From positions 1 to 64,000 of the forward strand of contig NIVC01001189.1 of NCBI GenBank assembly GCA_002269645.1: DNA of 64,000 bases, read 5' to 3'. Shown piece by piece: positions 24,643 through 36,708 of the stretch; within the stretch, counting starts at the first letter, position 1; each line of letters opens with the position of its first letter. Position numbers and translations under genes: made by a program. Origin of the DNA: Macrostomum lignano. Lineage: Eukaryota. A model generated the notes under the pieces. That model had not been told where the DNA came from. It searched no databases and worked only from the letters and a program-made list of their open reading frames with translations.

Positions 24643-25492
24643 TTATCGTACAATAACTGTTAGCTACGTTGTCCCCACACACACGACACACTCCCCATCT
24701 GCCTGTCTCGCCTTTCGTCCCTAACCTTTTCAAGATTTCTCTTCGGACAATTAATTAAAAATTAAAAAATACAACATGGTACTAAAATGTTTTTGTAATC
24801 GGCAATCTTCTGAAGCAGAGGTCTTTTCAGCGTTTATTATTTGTGGTATTTGAGCACAATGAGGCAATCACTTTTAAGGCAACATCATCGACGTATTACT
24901 GTTAAAATTTTAATTCAACCCGAACCGAATTTTTAACTACGAATCAATTTCGAAATAAACAGCGCATAACTTGGCCAGTTGGCATAAGATAGTTCAAGTC
25001 TATCGACAGTCAGCGTTGAAGGCTTCTCCTATATACACATGTAGAGCATATGTATATTTTGAAATTATATTGTATTACATGTTCATCACAATTCATTTTG
25101 TTTTCATTCGCTTTTTGGACATGAGGGGTCGGGAACATTTTTTATCTTAAGTCAGTTAGGGCAGCGGTGGATCCAGGGGGAGGGGAGTTGGTGGGGGGGG
25201 CATGATCTGATTGCCGCAATTGCAGCTGAGGAGAATGGGGGGACGCTGGTGTGCATTGCGGCTAACAGGTTGGATCCTCGCACTCGCATGCACGTGTACA
25301 GTCTGCGTTTATTGGCAGCTCTTTCAGCTTCCTCTGTTTTCTCTCCCCGCTTGGTCAGCCAAAAGGGAGAAAAGGCCGAGGAATAGAAAATTTGTTCTAT
25401 CTCCGAAGAAGACAGCTGAAACTTGCTATTTGAGCATTCGTCTTGAGCTAGCTAGCTAAAATAGAAGCCAATCGGACAGAATAGAAATAAAA

Positions 25493-25780
25493 ATGGCTGA
25501 TTACTTCGCTGCGGGTCCCAGCGTCGAAGTCGCGGACCTGAGCGCCACGCTGCCTGCACTGGAGCTGCAGACTGCTCAAGCCCCATCTGCAGATCAGCGT
25601 CGGGCGGTGCTGGCTCGAACCCGATCAAGCAGCGAGGGCGACGTCGAGCTGGCAGGTTCTCCGCGAGAGTTCGTCGAAAGCAACGGCGCAGACTCGAATG
25701 GACGAGGAGGAGAAGGCGGCAGCCAAGGCCAGCAGCCTCGGGGAAGCAGGCAGCGTCTGCAGTTGTGGAGTGGCGCCTAA
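25493..25780 (+). CDS. MADYFAAGPSVEVADL small-ORF family, copy 2 (95 aa, intact)
   Basis: AAAAATGG start context, an upstream region conserved with copy 1 that includes a CCAAT, and AATAAA about 28 bp after the stop. Confidence 0.6.
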   Translation: MADYFAAGPSVEVADLSATLPALELQTAQAPSADQRRAVLARTRSSSEGDVELAGSPREFVESNGADSNGRGGEGGSQGQQPRGSRQRLQLWSGA

Positions 25781-27070
25781 AATCTTTTGTAAACTCCACG
25801 GCTAAGCAATAAAGACTCATTTGAGAAGTGACTTGTATAGTTCTTTCAACATTATTCATTCCATGCCTTGGTTGTCTATATGCAAAATAATCGTTTTGCG
25901 CCTGCACGAGGCCGGAAGCGGATGCCATATCACCCGAGTGACTGAGAGTACAAGATTTGCTAGCCGAAATAAACTTTGCTGGAAAATTCAGCAGCAAAGA
26001 CAACAAAAATTATTCATGATGCCATTGTATAAAACGTCTTGTCGTTTCTTTATACCCCACTTGGCCCATGAGTGAGCGTGCAGGCTTGCACCTCGGCCGA
26101 GATGAGAAGCCTGTTCTCAGTAATTCTGACGGCCACAGATACCGGTAAATGAATAAACGGAGGATATTCTATACTTCTTAAACTGTTGATGCTTGCTTAA
26201 TTTCGTAAGTGAAATTCTCACTCTAGCGAATCCCAATTTTGTAAGTTTAATTAAGTGCTCGGCTAGCAGATTTCAGCTTGTAAATTTCTCGCTGGCAAAT
26301 TTCACAGACCCGAAGCAGGGGCAGAGAGGCGGGTGCAATGCGGCATATTTTTCCACTAGTTTAACTCGGCTACGAGTATAGGGGACCAAACGCTATCCTG
26401 ACTAGAGCGACTGAGTTGCACTGTTCTCTCTGTATCTTAGCTATACTCAAAAGCCTCACTAAAGAGCTCAGTTCTAACACTAGCACAATAGCGGCATAGA
26501 ATTTGCAGACTAGAGTTAAGTTGAGTTGAATTCAATGATACGAAATAATTAGTCTGTATGTGGCTAAATGACTTTTGCTAACTGGATAGACCACCCACTG
26601 AGGCAACAGAACCCAACTTGTTGTCAGACTTAAGATTTTAGATGAAGCAGCTTCAGAATAATCATACGAATTTTAAAGCTCAATTATACGAAAACTGTTT
26701 CTAATGTATTTCAAGCAATTTCCACTCCGACTATAGAACCGCGGCTCTCCTTTTCTATTTTTATCAACAGACAAAAAACTTCAATTCAAAGCACAAACAG
26801 ACTGACCATCATGTTTGGTGCTGGCATGCCCCATGCACGAAGAGAGGAAGAGAGTACATTAGTTTATCGATTAGACCCCAGCAACAGCAACTGTGGAAAG
26901 CTGGGCCGGCAACTCAACCCCTCTGTCTGCAATCTATGCAAGGAGAAGAAGCCAAAGTGAAGTGGAGGCGGGCGGGGCTGGGTCGGTGGCTGATAGCATG
27001 ACTGCACTCGCCAGAAATTAAGCTTATCGTATACAATAAATGTTCGCTACCTTCCCCCCACACAACACGT

Positions 27071-27075
<5 letters not shown>

Positions 27076-27168
<93 letters not shown>
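27076..27168. repeat. (CT)n microsatellite
   Basis: Direct observation. Confidence 0.97.
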
Positions 27169-27299
27169 GTCTCGCCTCTTGCCTCCCGTAGCCTTTTCAA
27201 GATCTCTCAAGAAAATTAAGCAGTTAAAAACAATATGGTACTAAATTGTTTTTTTAATCAATTTTCTGAAGCAAGGTTCTTGTCAGTGCTTAATGCTCC

Positions 27300-28320
27300 T
27301 TTAGTGTGACGCCCCTGTGTTCCTTCAGTGTGGCACCCGTGTTCCTTCAGTGTGACGCCCCTGTGTTCCTTCAGTGTGGCACCCGTGTTCCTTCAGTGTG
27401 ACGCCCCTGTGTTCCTTCAGTGTGACGCCCGTGTTCCTTCAGTGTGACGCCCCCTGTGTTGCGTCCACGGTGTGACAGCCCTATATTGTATCCTCAGGGT
27501 AACACCCCTTGTATATTGTGTTTTCATAGAAATGTATCTATCTCTATCACTATATAACTTTAGCTCGTATAATGCAATTTTACCTTTTGCAATTCACAGA
27601 ACGCACTTTCTATTCTACGCATTTTGCTCCATTTAATTTATCTATACAATAGCAAACAAACTTCACGGAAGACCTTTGCTAAAATATGGGCCATAGCTAT
27701 ATGATTAAAAAGTATTCTGTCCTCATTGTCCAAAGTGTGGCGCCCTCTATATTGTCCTCAGTGTAAATTAAACCCCCTTGTGTTGCGTCCTCAGTGTGGC
27801 GGCCCTTGTGCTTTGTTCTCAGTTTGGCGCCCTCTGTATTTTGTCCTCAGTGTGGCGCCCTCTGTATTTTGTCCTCAGTGTGGCGCCCTCTGTATTTTGT
27901 CCTCAGTGTGGCGCCCTCTGTATTTTGTCCTCAGTGTGGCGCCCTCTGTATTTTGTCCTCAGTGTGGCGCCCTCTGTATTTTGTCCTCAGTGTGGCGCCC
28001 TCTGTATTTTGTCCTCAGTGTGGCGCCCTCTGTATTTTGTCCTCAGTGTGGCGCCCTCTGTATTGTCCTCAACGTGGCGGCCCTTGAGCTGTGTCCTCAG
28101 TGTGGCGCCCTCTGTATTTTGTCCTCAATGTGGCGGCCCTTGTGCTGTGTCCTCAGTGTGGCGCCCTCTGTATTTTGTCCTCAATGTGGCGGCCCTTGTG
28201 CTGTGTCCTCAGTGTGGCGCCCTCTGTATTTTGTCCTCAGTGTGGCGACCCTTGTGCTTTGTTCTCAGTTTGGCGGCCCTTGTGTGGTGTCCTCAGTATG
28301 ACGCACCTTGTGTTGCGTCT
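27300..28320. repeat. Two related minisatellite blocks: about 24-bp CAGTGTGACGCCCCTGTGTTCCTT (27300-27460) and 28-bp GTCCTCAGTGTGGCGCCCTCTGTATTTT (27730-28320)
   Basis: Tandem periodicity with a shared CAGTGTG(A/G)CGCCC core. Confidence 0.93.
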
Positions 28321-29047
28321 TCAGCGTAGCGTCTCTGTTTTATACTAAGTAAATAAATAGTAAATTGTTTGTTTATTTTCTACAAATTGAGAAAAATCAA
28401 CTAATATATAGCTAGTTTTTTCAGTACATATGTTGTTACACGTGTTCTTGTGCACTTGACTTGAGTTTAAGTCAAGTTTATTATCAAATTAGTGCGCCCC
28501 GTGGTTTCATAAAGGAAATTTGCGTTCTACTCTTCATAGAGAAACATACAGATAAGCACTGAAGCTTACAGTAAAAAAAATAATCTTACTTAGGCTAGAA
28601 TTGAGTTGAGTTGAATTTAACGAGACCAATTAAATTCGCCTGTCTATGGTTCAATGCCAAATGCTACTGGATAGACTATGCGCCCACTGAGGCAGTGGAA
28701 AAATGGAAAAAGTCGTCTGTGAAGACAGAAACCAACTTGTTGTCAGACTTAAGATTATAGATAATGCAGCTTATCATATGAAATTTAATAACTCAAATCA
28801 TACGAAAATTGATTCTAATTGTTCAAGCAATTCCCACGCCCACTAGAACCACAGCTCTCCTTTTTATTTTTTGACAGACAATAAACCCTTTAAACAACGA
28901 ACAGGCAGGCAGGCTAAGCCATATATTACTGTATATTGTCGCGCGGCGCTAGCTGGTATGCCCGGCTTACGAAGTGAGGAGTGGAGGAGAAGACATTTAG
29001 CTAGACCCCAGCAACTGTGGAAAGCTGCATGGGCCAGCAACTCTTAA

Positions 29048-29912
29048 CCATTTGGAAGCCAAAGGCCTGCACTGCAGGCCATACCGAAACGGCCCAGAAA
29101 CCCAGAGATTGAAAAATGTCTATGGCATCAAAAACCATCTCCCAATCACTAAAGCAACTGCCCAGTATGGCCTGCTGTGCAGGCCATGACTGATTTAAAG
29201 ACGTCCATTATGCATTTCCATTGTGTTTTCACTCAAATGGGAAATGTTAAAGGGGAATTAAAGCGTGGATGAATTAGCATGGATCTGGACAGAGACCAGG
29301 ATTTCCGGGACATTGGCTGCAGCAAAATACTGTCTTCTTAGCTGGAACGTCAGGTTTCAAATTCGGAATCGTTTGCTTGGGCGAGTCTGGGCTTCCGTTG
29401 CTGGGAGTCGTCCGTGTACGAGTATATGTGGTATCCTTCGCCCAGCACTTCGCGGCTAAGCTCAGCAACAACTCTCGCTCTCTTCCTCGCCATTTTCTGC
29501 ACTCTCCTGCTGGAACTCCCTGACTGCCAACCACATTCGCTCATTAGTCCATGTGACAAGACTGTGGTGAGAAACTCTTCAGTCAGGATCAATTTCTGGA
29601 TCCATGCCTTCCGACTCCGTTTCTGACTCAAAAACCGTCGAGTCATTGCTTGATAAAGCGTCTTCCGAATCGAATCGAGTCCCAGTCTACGCAAGGCGTC
29701 ACTTTTAGCTGTCCTATTCGGCCGCGTAAAAGCCATTTGTGGGTAGGAAGGTTTGAACAGGAGCTAGCTGAAAAACTATGTGATATACTTTACTTCTGGG
29801 CTTCTAGGGTGTGCACTCGATTCAGCAAAAAAGACAAATTTGTCTATGGACTGCTCTGCAGGCCTTTGGGCTTTTAAGCCATCTTACAGAACCAAGCTTG
29901 GGCGGGAAGTGG
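29048..29912 (-). mobile_element. Internally deleted (non-autonomous) piggyBac of a second family
   Basis: TTAA at 29044-29047 and 29913-29916. Residual transposase fragments EVLGEGYHIY and KKTVFCCSQCPGNPGLCPDPC (CRD). The empty paralogous site near 26909-26925 joins the two flanks. Confidence 0.88.
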
Positions 29913-30248
29913 TTAACCCCACTTTGTAGCGTCTGCATGAAGTTGAGTAAGTGAATGCAGGAGAGCCAAGTGAAGTGAGGGCAGGTAGGGGGAGGGTGCG
30001 TCGGTGGCTGAAAGCACAGGAGCAAGCAAGAGCGGGAGGACCCTCTCTCTGCCTTGTTTCTTGCCTCCCCGTTTCTGCGTTTCACTCAGACAATTAAACA
30101 GTGTTAAATTACAATATGGTACTAATTTTTTAGATTAACTTTAGATTGACAATGTTCTATAGCAAGAGTTTAATGTATACGAGCGTAAATAAATACACAG
30201 ACTAGAATATGGAATTACAAGTAGAATCTTACGCTTCTATTGCTTTTT

Positions 30249-30513
30249 CAGTGGCGGCGCAGCACCTCCGATTAGGGGGGGGGGCGGTGGTTGGGTGGTC
30301 AGGTCACCCCCTCCCTCAGCAAATTTTTAGGATTAGAGCAGCGCATTACACTAAATTCTGACAAAAACGCATATATGACGAGCTCGTACTAAAAAATTAT
30401 GGTGGGTCACCCCACGGAGGGATGAGAGGGTGGTCACCCCCCAGGGAGGTAGGAGGGTGGTCACCCCGGGGGCAGCAGCCTCCTCTGCCCCCCCACCACC
30501 TGCGCCGCCACTG
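30249..30513. mobile_element. hAT-type MITE, family A, copy 2
   Basis: TIR CAGTGGCGGCGCAG/CTGCGCCGCCACTG with a perfect 8-bp TSD TGCTTTTT (30241-30248 and 30514-30521). Confidence 0.92.
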
Positions 30514-31011
30514 TGCTTTTTCACTTGAAAAAAAAGCTAATTAAGAAAAGAAAAATAGAAGAGAACAGGGTCATTGTTTTGCAAGCACTAACCAGGTTTA
30601 ATGCCTACGTTACACTAGGCCTGCTCCATGGGCTGGGTATTAAGCCAACCTGCCCCTTGCGCCCTCCTCTCCGCGCTCCCCTTCGCAGCCTCTTTTCAGG
30701 CTTGGCCTTGGCCCTTGGCGCTACGTTCAATTGCTCTGCTTTTTTCTTTTGCTGTTTTTATTCTCTCCAGAACACCATGCTCATTGAACACACTCATTCA
30801 ACACTCATTACCAAAATATATGCAACATACTAAGGCGGTCTCCTCCTCCTCGGTGCTTTGTGCTCGCTGGCATAGTGTGTTTTGCAAAGGCGGCAAAGCA
30901 GCAAAGGTAGGAATAGCTTCATAATGATGCACTGCGGCATCTTTGATGGCTAGACCGCAGACCAAGTAACGTAAATTATTCTGACTCAAGGCCCTGTTGT
31001 CGGCTCGGCTC

Positions 31012-31382
31012 GGGGGGGGGCATCACAAACCCAAAAAATCACAACTCCGAAAAGCGCTTTCCAACCTAAACCCAAAATATCGTAAACCCGAAATATGATA
31101 ACTCCGAAAGTGTTAGCAACACATGAACCCGAAAAATCACAACTCCGAGAAACAAAATAGCAACGCCCATCATAAACCCGAAATACCATAAACCCGAAAT
31201 ATCATAAATCAGAAAAATCACAACTCCGAGAAACAAAATAGCAACGCCTATCATAAACCCAAAAAATCACAAACCCGAAAAATCACACACCCGAAATATC
31301 ATAACTTCGAAAGTTCTAGCAATGTGCAACTCTATTTTGGTTTTCGGAGTTGTGATTTTCCGGGTTTATGATGGCGACCCCC
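31012..31382. mobile_element. Unclassified foldback/MITE with about 35-bp inverted ends and internal tandem subrepeats (ATCACAACTCCGA)
   Basis: CATCACAAACCCAAAAAATCACAACTCCGAAAA at the left is inverted at about 31340-31375. Possible 5-bp TSD GGCTC. Confidence 0.55.
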
Positions 31383-33242
31383 GGCTCATTCAACCGTGAA
31401 AGTTATTGAAAAAAACACACGAGAATGGGCATAAATCGACTTGACAGTGCAATTAGACAACGATGTCCAAGCTTGTATAAAAACCGCAAAGAGCTTGGCA
31501 GGCGATAATAAAATAATTTTAAAGCAGGACTGCTTGCATTCGCCAAAGATCTCTTTGATGTGGAATAACCGAAAAACTTTAAAGGGCGGTAGTTATGGCG
31601 GGTGTCTGCGTCGGTGCGTCAGTCCCCCTTGCGCCCTCGCCTCCTCCGCGCCTGGGTTTTTAAACCCACCTCTAAGGCTTGGTCTCAGGCGCGCCCTGGG
31701 GTGGGGGGGAGCAAGCAGCCCCCTCCCTTCAAGCCGCTGAAAATTTTTTCAGGAAGCTTTTTTTGGTGCGGGAAGGCGACGAAAAATCTGGGGCCCTGCC
31801 CGTGCCAATTGCCACCTTTCTCTCTTAACTCTGCCTCTTGCTTTGCATCAGAACCAACAGTTAAATCGGTCCCTATCCATGCTGAATAGCAAACAGAATT
31901 GAGGGTTGACATTAGTCAAAGCCAAAAAGAGCGGTGAGTAGGGACTCAGGGACTGATAGACTCTTTCGCATTGCTAACTGCTTACAAAAAACATGCCCTG
32001 CTGGCTGGCTGGCAAAAAAATAGACCTCTGTCATCTGGCCCTGTGATCCACCCCGCCCCCCCTCAAGAATTTCTGAGTGCGCCACTGCGTTGGCCTTGGA
32101 GCTGCATGCAATTGCTCGGATTTTTTGTTCTTCTGTTTTTGTTCTCCAACTGTTTTGGCTTGAATATCCTTTCTTACACGGCTCATTCGGCACTTATTGC
32201 ACAATAAATGCATGATGCGAATGGGGGTCGCTTTCGCTCCTCGGGGCCTTTGCCTTCGTCTCTCTCCTACTGCTCAAATTTGGTTGACAAGTAACTAAGC
32301 TATATGAGCGTAGATTGCAGAGATTAAAACTGGGCGCGTTCTGCATACGGCAACTTCTGTTGCTCACACCTTTATAGAACTGAATAGGCGTAGGAACGGG
32401 GGTGGGGTGGGGGCAGTAATGGTATCTGGCCCCTCCACATTTTAAATGCTTCCAGTCTCAAGTCTTCAGGTGAAGGCTTATTAGCCATTCGTACAACAGT
32501 CGTGTGATTCACTGGTTTGATGGCTTATTTGATGACACGCCGACATGAGTTGCCGAAAAAAAACAAATAGATTTGCTCGGATTGAACAGCAGAAGGCGAG
32601 TCTTTTTCTCCATTGTTTTGTTCCCCCCCACTACATAGCACAAATGCAATAAACTCTGCGATGACCTTGCCGTGTATTTGGAGGTGTGGTCAAAGGTAAA
32701 AACATAGTGGACTCCCGCGTGCAAAGGAATCCACAGAACACACTAAGAGTGAAAATGGGTCAGTTAGTGTTGCTGGCAGAACGTAAATGTGAAATGCTTT
32801 GACTGGAGCGTATACAGGTACGGATCACAGTCTGGGCTTGTACACTTCCGGCGGCGGGGGGTACCAAAAATGAAAAGATGAGGCGGGCGGGGCGGGGCGG
32901 GGCGGGCCCCCAAGACTCTCCCGCTCTGTCCCTCTCACTTCTTGGTCTGTGGTCCCTCTCTCCCCGCTCCCTCCTCTCCTCCCTGCCACAGCCAACCACA
33001 ACCTTCAGACCACATGGGGCTACATGTATAAGACCCCACTAAGTGCGTGTAAAACCAAATTATTTCAGATTTGGGTTGTCCAAAAAGCTCTAGGCCTTAA
33101 GAGCATTAGCAAAGCTTTATTACTCTTGATAAATGAAAAGGCCCAAAAGGATTTGTGATCCTGATAATACACAATATACAAAACTGTTAGATACTGTAAA
33201 AAAAACTACTAGAAAAGAAACACAAGCGAGTTCAACACCAGT

Positions 33243-34954
33243 ATGGCAGAAGGAAGCGACCAAGGTGGCGCATTTCCACTCAGAGAAGGCCAATCGCAAC
33301 AAAACACGCCGTCGTCGTCTACAAACTCGCTACCGCGCTCGGCTCAGGACCTACATGGAATCGAGTTGGAGACCAGCGACTCATCCTTGGGCGCCGGCTC
33401 GAGCCAGCAGCGACCGGCGAGTCTTCCTGAGCTGACTGAGCCGCACAGGGAGTTGCTCTTTGCATCGCAGCCGAGTCCTGACTGTGCAGCATCGGACGAC
33501 GCATCTAGCGAAGACCAAGCCGAGGCATCGGAGTCGCCCACTTCGGAGAATGGCTCTGAAGTCTCTGCTGTTACCGAAAGTTCAGTAGCAAGTGTCGCCA
33601 CCGACGCTTATGATCAAGAGTCGTCTAGCGAGCTAGTCCAAGACAACGTCCTAGGTAGAGTTACGGGCGCCGCTGCCACCGCGTCCGTATGTAGGCATGA
33701 GTCGGCTCCAGCACGCTACAATCTGTTCCAACGTAAACAAGACAGCACAGCGGCTGGAACAGGGCAGGCGGCTCCGACGCCAGTCGTACGAAGTCCCTCA
33801 CCGCCGATGGGAAGTGGCGTCCAAACCGATGCAATGGAAGGTACGACAGCCGCAATCGGCACGGATGTCAACAACGACGCTGCGGCAACCAGTCTGCCAA
33901 AAGGGGACGACAATGACGAGGAGGCCGCGGCAAATGAAGACAACGCCGCAGCTGCGATTCCAGAGGCTCAACAGGCAGCGGCGGCTAACGAGAATGCCGA
34001 GCTTCTTGCCGCTGCCACAGCTGTTTTTGCGAAGCCTGGCCAGTCGGGTGAAAAAACAACTGGACACGAGCATGCAGCTAACTTGTGCGCGAGAAGTCCT
34101 GAAGTCACAGCTAATTTTGTGACTGGAATTGAACTCAGAGGACAACTGCCGCTACTGCAACGTCCAGACGCCAGCTTGCGAAATGGACACAGCGAGGGGA
34201 GCATTGACACAAGCAGAAAAACGCAAGAAAAGCAACGCAGATGTACCCTGGGCCGGCACTCCTCGTCACCGGCTCAGAACAGTCAGGACAAGAAACGGCT
34301 GCAACAGCTGCATCAGCAACAACAGAAGCCAGCAGCTGAGCAAAGGTAAATCAACTGAACCAGTAAACTTTCTTTGATTGATCAATTAAAGCCACATGCA
34401 TGAATGTAAATTTTCAAGGCGATTTCCGCACCCTTTAGAGACGGTTTGACTTTGGATGCGCAACCCCTGCCGCCGGCTCCCGAAGTTGATGAGGCAGAAG
34501 ATGTGCAGCAGCAACAGCAAACTGAACAAGAACAAGCTCATACCTCAGAAGGGTAAGTATAAAATGATAAAAGATTCGATACTTAAAATTTGCCTAAGTC
34601 TTAAAAGTCTATCTTTCTCTATCAACACCCTGCAGGAGTAATCAGCAAGCTCCGGAGCTGCCGCAGCTGCAGCCGGCACCGGTTGAGACTCCATCCACGC
34701 CGGCCACCGAATACGCAGCAGCGACGTCGGATCCGCCGCCGCCGGCCATCCCAAGGTCCGACTCAAGAAGCGGCAGTGTCCAATTTTTATTCATCAGCGA
34801 GCAGGAGAACCAGCCTAGGGCTGAAGACAGATGGGACAGCATCCGCAATGCGAACAGAGGTCGGCGGCGATTGCGACACGGACTGCTCGCCCCTCTGTGT
34901 TACCTGTGCCAGTCGTGCACGTGCACCGGGAGTAGGAGGCCTGCTGCTGACTAG
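33243..34954 (+). CDS. Three-exon orphan gene encoding a 511-aa acidic, low-complexity (likely disordered) protein with a Cys-rich C-terminus
   Basis: Exons 33243-34345, 34439-34552 and 34636-34954. Both GT-AG introns (93 and 83 bp) are phase 2 and the spliced frame is open to TAG. AATAAA lies at about 35065. Confidence 0.75.
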
Positions 34955-35584
34955 ACCAACTTCTAACTATATAGACTCATAGCTAAAGTAGTCTTATCAC
35001 ACAATTTTAAAGAAATATATATTTTCAATACTAAAGTTATTTTGACTTAATACCATGCAGACAAATAAATAAATATTGGTACAGTTTATGTTAGATTCGA
35101 GGTTACATAAAAAATTACAAGTACTTCAGAGATGCAGAAATCATTTTTTATAGAATTCAATTTAAATAGGAATTGTAGTGAGGTCATAATTTACTATTCT
35201 AAGAGTATTTATCTGAATGTCTATTCAGCGATCATTTACAGCAATCTGTATCACTTTATGTATGGATATTTATGCTTTGTTATATAAAATAAATTGTTCA
35301 TTGTACAATGGCATTCAAGCAAAACTGAATTTTGTTTTTTTAAATCAATCCGCAGCAGTAAACATACGGCTAGAATCTGCTGCTGCCTAACAGAAACTTA
35401 GAGACTCAAACAGTAGAAATTAACATAATTGAGCTATTAAGATTACAAAAAAGTCATAATTCTCAAGTTTAGCTTATCTTTAGGCTATTTATCGAGGCAG
35501 AAAGCGACCGTAAGGTTGTTCAATTGAAACCCTTATACGCAACTGCTCACGTTGCGTTTCGAATACTGCCTTTGCTGTTGCTGT

Positions 35585-35849
35585 CAGGGGCGTAGCCAGG
35601 ATTTTTTTTGGGGGCATCGGTTAGCTGTTATCAGAAAGCAAGGGCTTGAGGTCCACATATCCCCTTAATGTATTTCTAGTGCATAATACATATAATTACT
35701 CTATTTGTTTGTTAATTGTTATTCTTTCGATTTGGATACCTTTCTCTTCCTTAACGGTCACAATTGCAACTGAAAAAAGGAAAAAAAATGTTGCTTTGGA
35801 AATTTGGGGGTATCGGCCGATATACCGATACCCCCTCGCTACGCCCCTG
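35585..35849. mobile_element. hAT-type MITE, family C (TIR CAGGGGCGTAGC)
   Basis: Perfect 12-bp TIR and a perfect 8-bp TSD GTTGCTGT (35577-35584 and 35850-35857). Confidence 0.92.
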
Positions 35850-36708
35850 GTTGCTGTCCTCAATGTTTATTGATAACACTAAAGAAGTAACGCGTCCTGT
35901 CCACACAGAGCTAGCCAAGAAAGGGAATGGTTAGGGAGGAATGGTGTGATCACGCGTGAGTACTGTGAGTGCAGGCACCAGACAGGCAAGGGCTTAGAAA
36001 ACTTGAATAGCCAGCTCAACTTTTAGTTTAATACAGGAATCGTATGTCTCCAGGGAAGGATATTCCAGTCTTACCCCTGCCCTCCCCCCGCAACTAAGGC
36101 CGCTAGCAGAAGTTTAATAGCTAGCATAGTTCATGCGTGCGTGGGCTGACCCAGCCGTTAGCAGCAAAAACACGCACTTTTATGAGTCATACTGTCACTT
36201 CAATAACATTTAGCCGTCCAAGTGAGTAAGTACTACTAGACCAGTATTTTTTAAGATGGGGGTTTGTTATTGACAGAAAGGTAGCAAGGAGGGCAGGCCC
36301 GAAAATGGGGGGTCGGACGCCCCCCACGCCCCCCTTACGCCCAGGGACTTCTAAAAATCACAGCAGCATTTTTAGGAGCCCCTGCATGGTGCGCCCCTAG
36401 GGCAGACAACCTGCCAAGCTGCACTTTTGTACCTGACTCAAGTTTTGAAACAGCTTTGATGTAATATGGTTTCATAAATAACGATAGTATAGCATTAAAA
36501 TGTCTTTGCGATTATTCATATGGCTTAATTGTCTGATTCTCGGGTCGACTTTAATTAAATTAAAAGATTAAAATCCAATCAGTTTAAAAAAGCATTATTG
36601 CATTATTTTAAACCAAACAGACAGACACAAACAGGCCTGTTTACCTGCCTAAATGCGCACTGTATTTAAAGCAGATGAGAACAAATTTTAATGAAAAAAA
36701 TTAATTAA

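Larger units (their letters stand above)
22380..30130. repeat. Diverged tandem segmental repeat: about 22380-24800, about 25220-27250, and a partial copy at about 28540-30130
   Basis: Shared anchors: GCCATATCACCCGAGTGACT (about 23068/25926), GCAGGGGCAGAGAGGCGG (about 23361/26315), CCAACTTGTTGTCAGACTTAAGATT (about 26614/28732) and ATGGTACTAA (about 24776/27234/30116). Confidence 0.85.
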
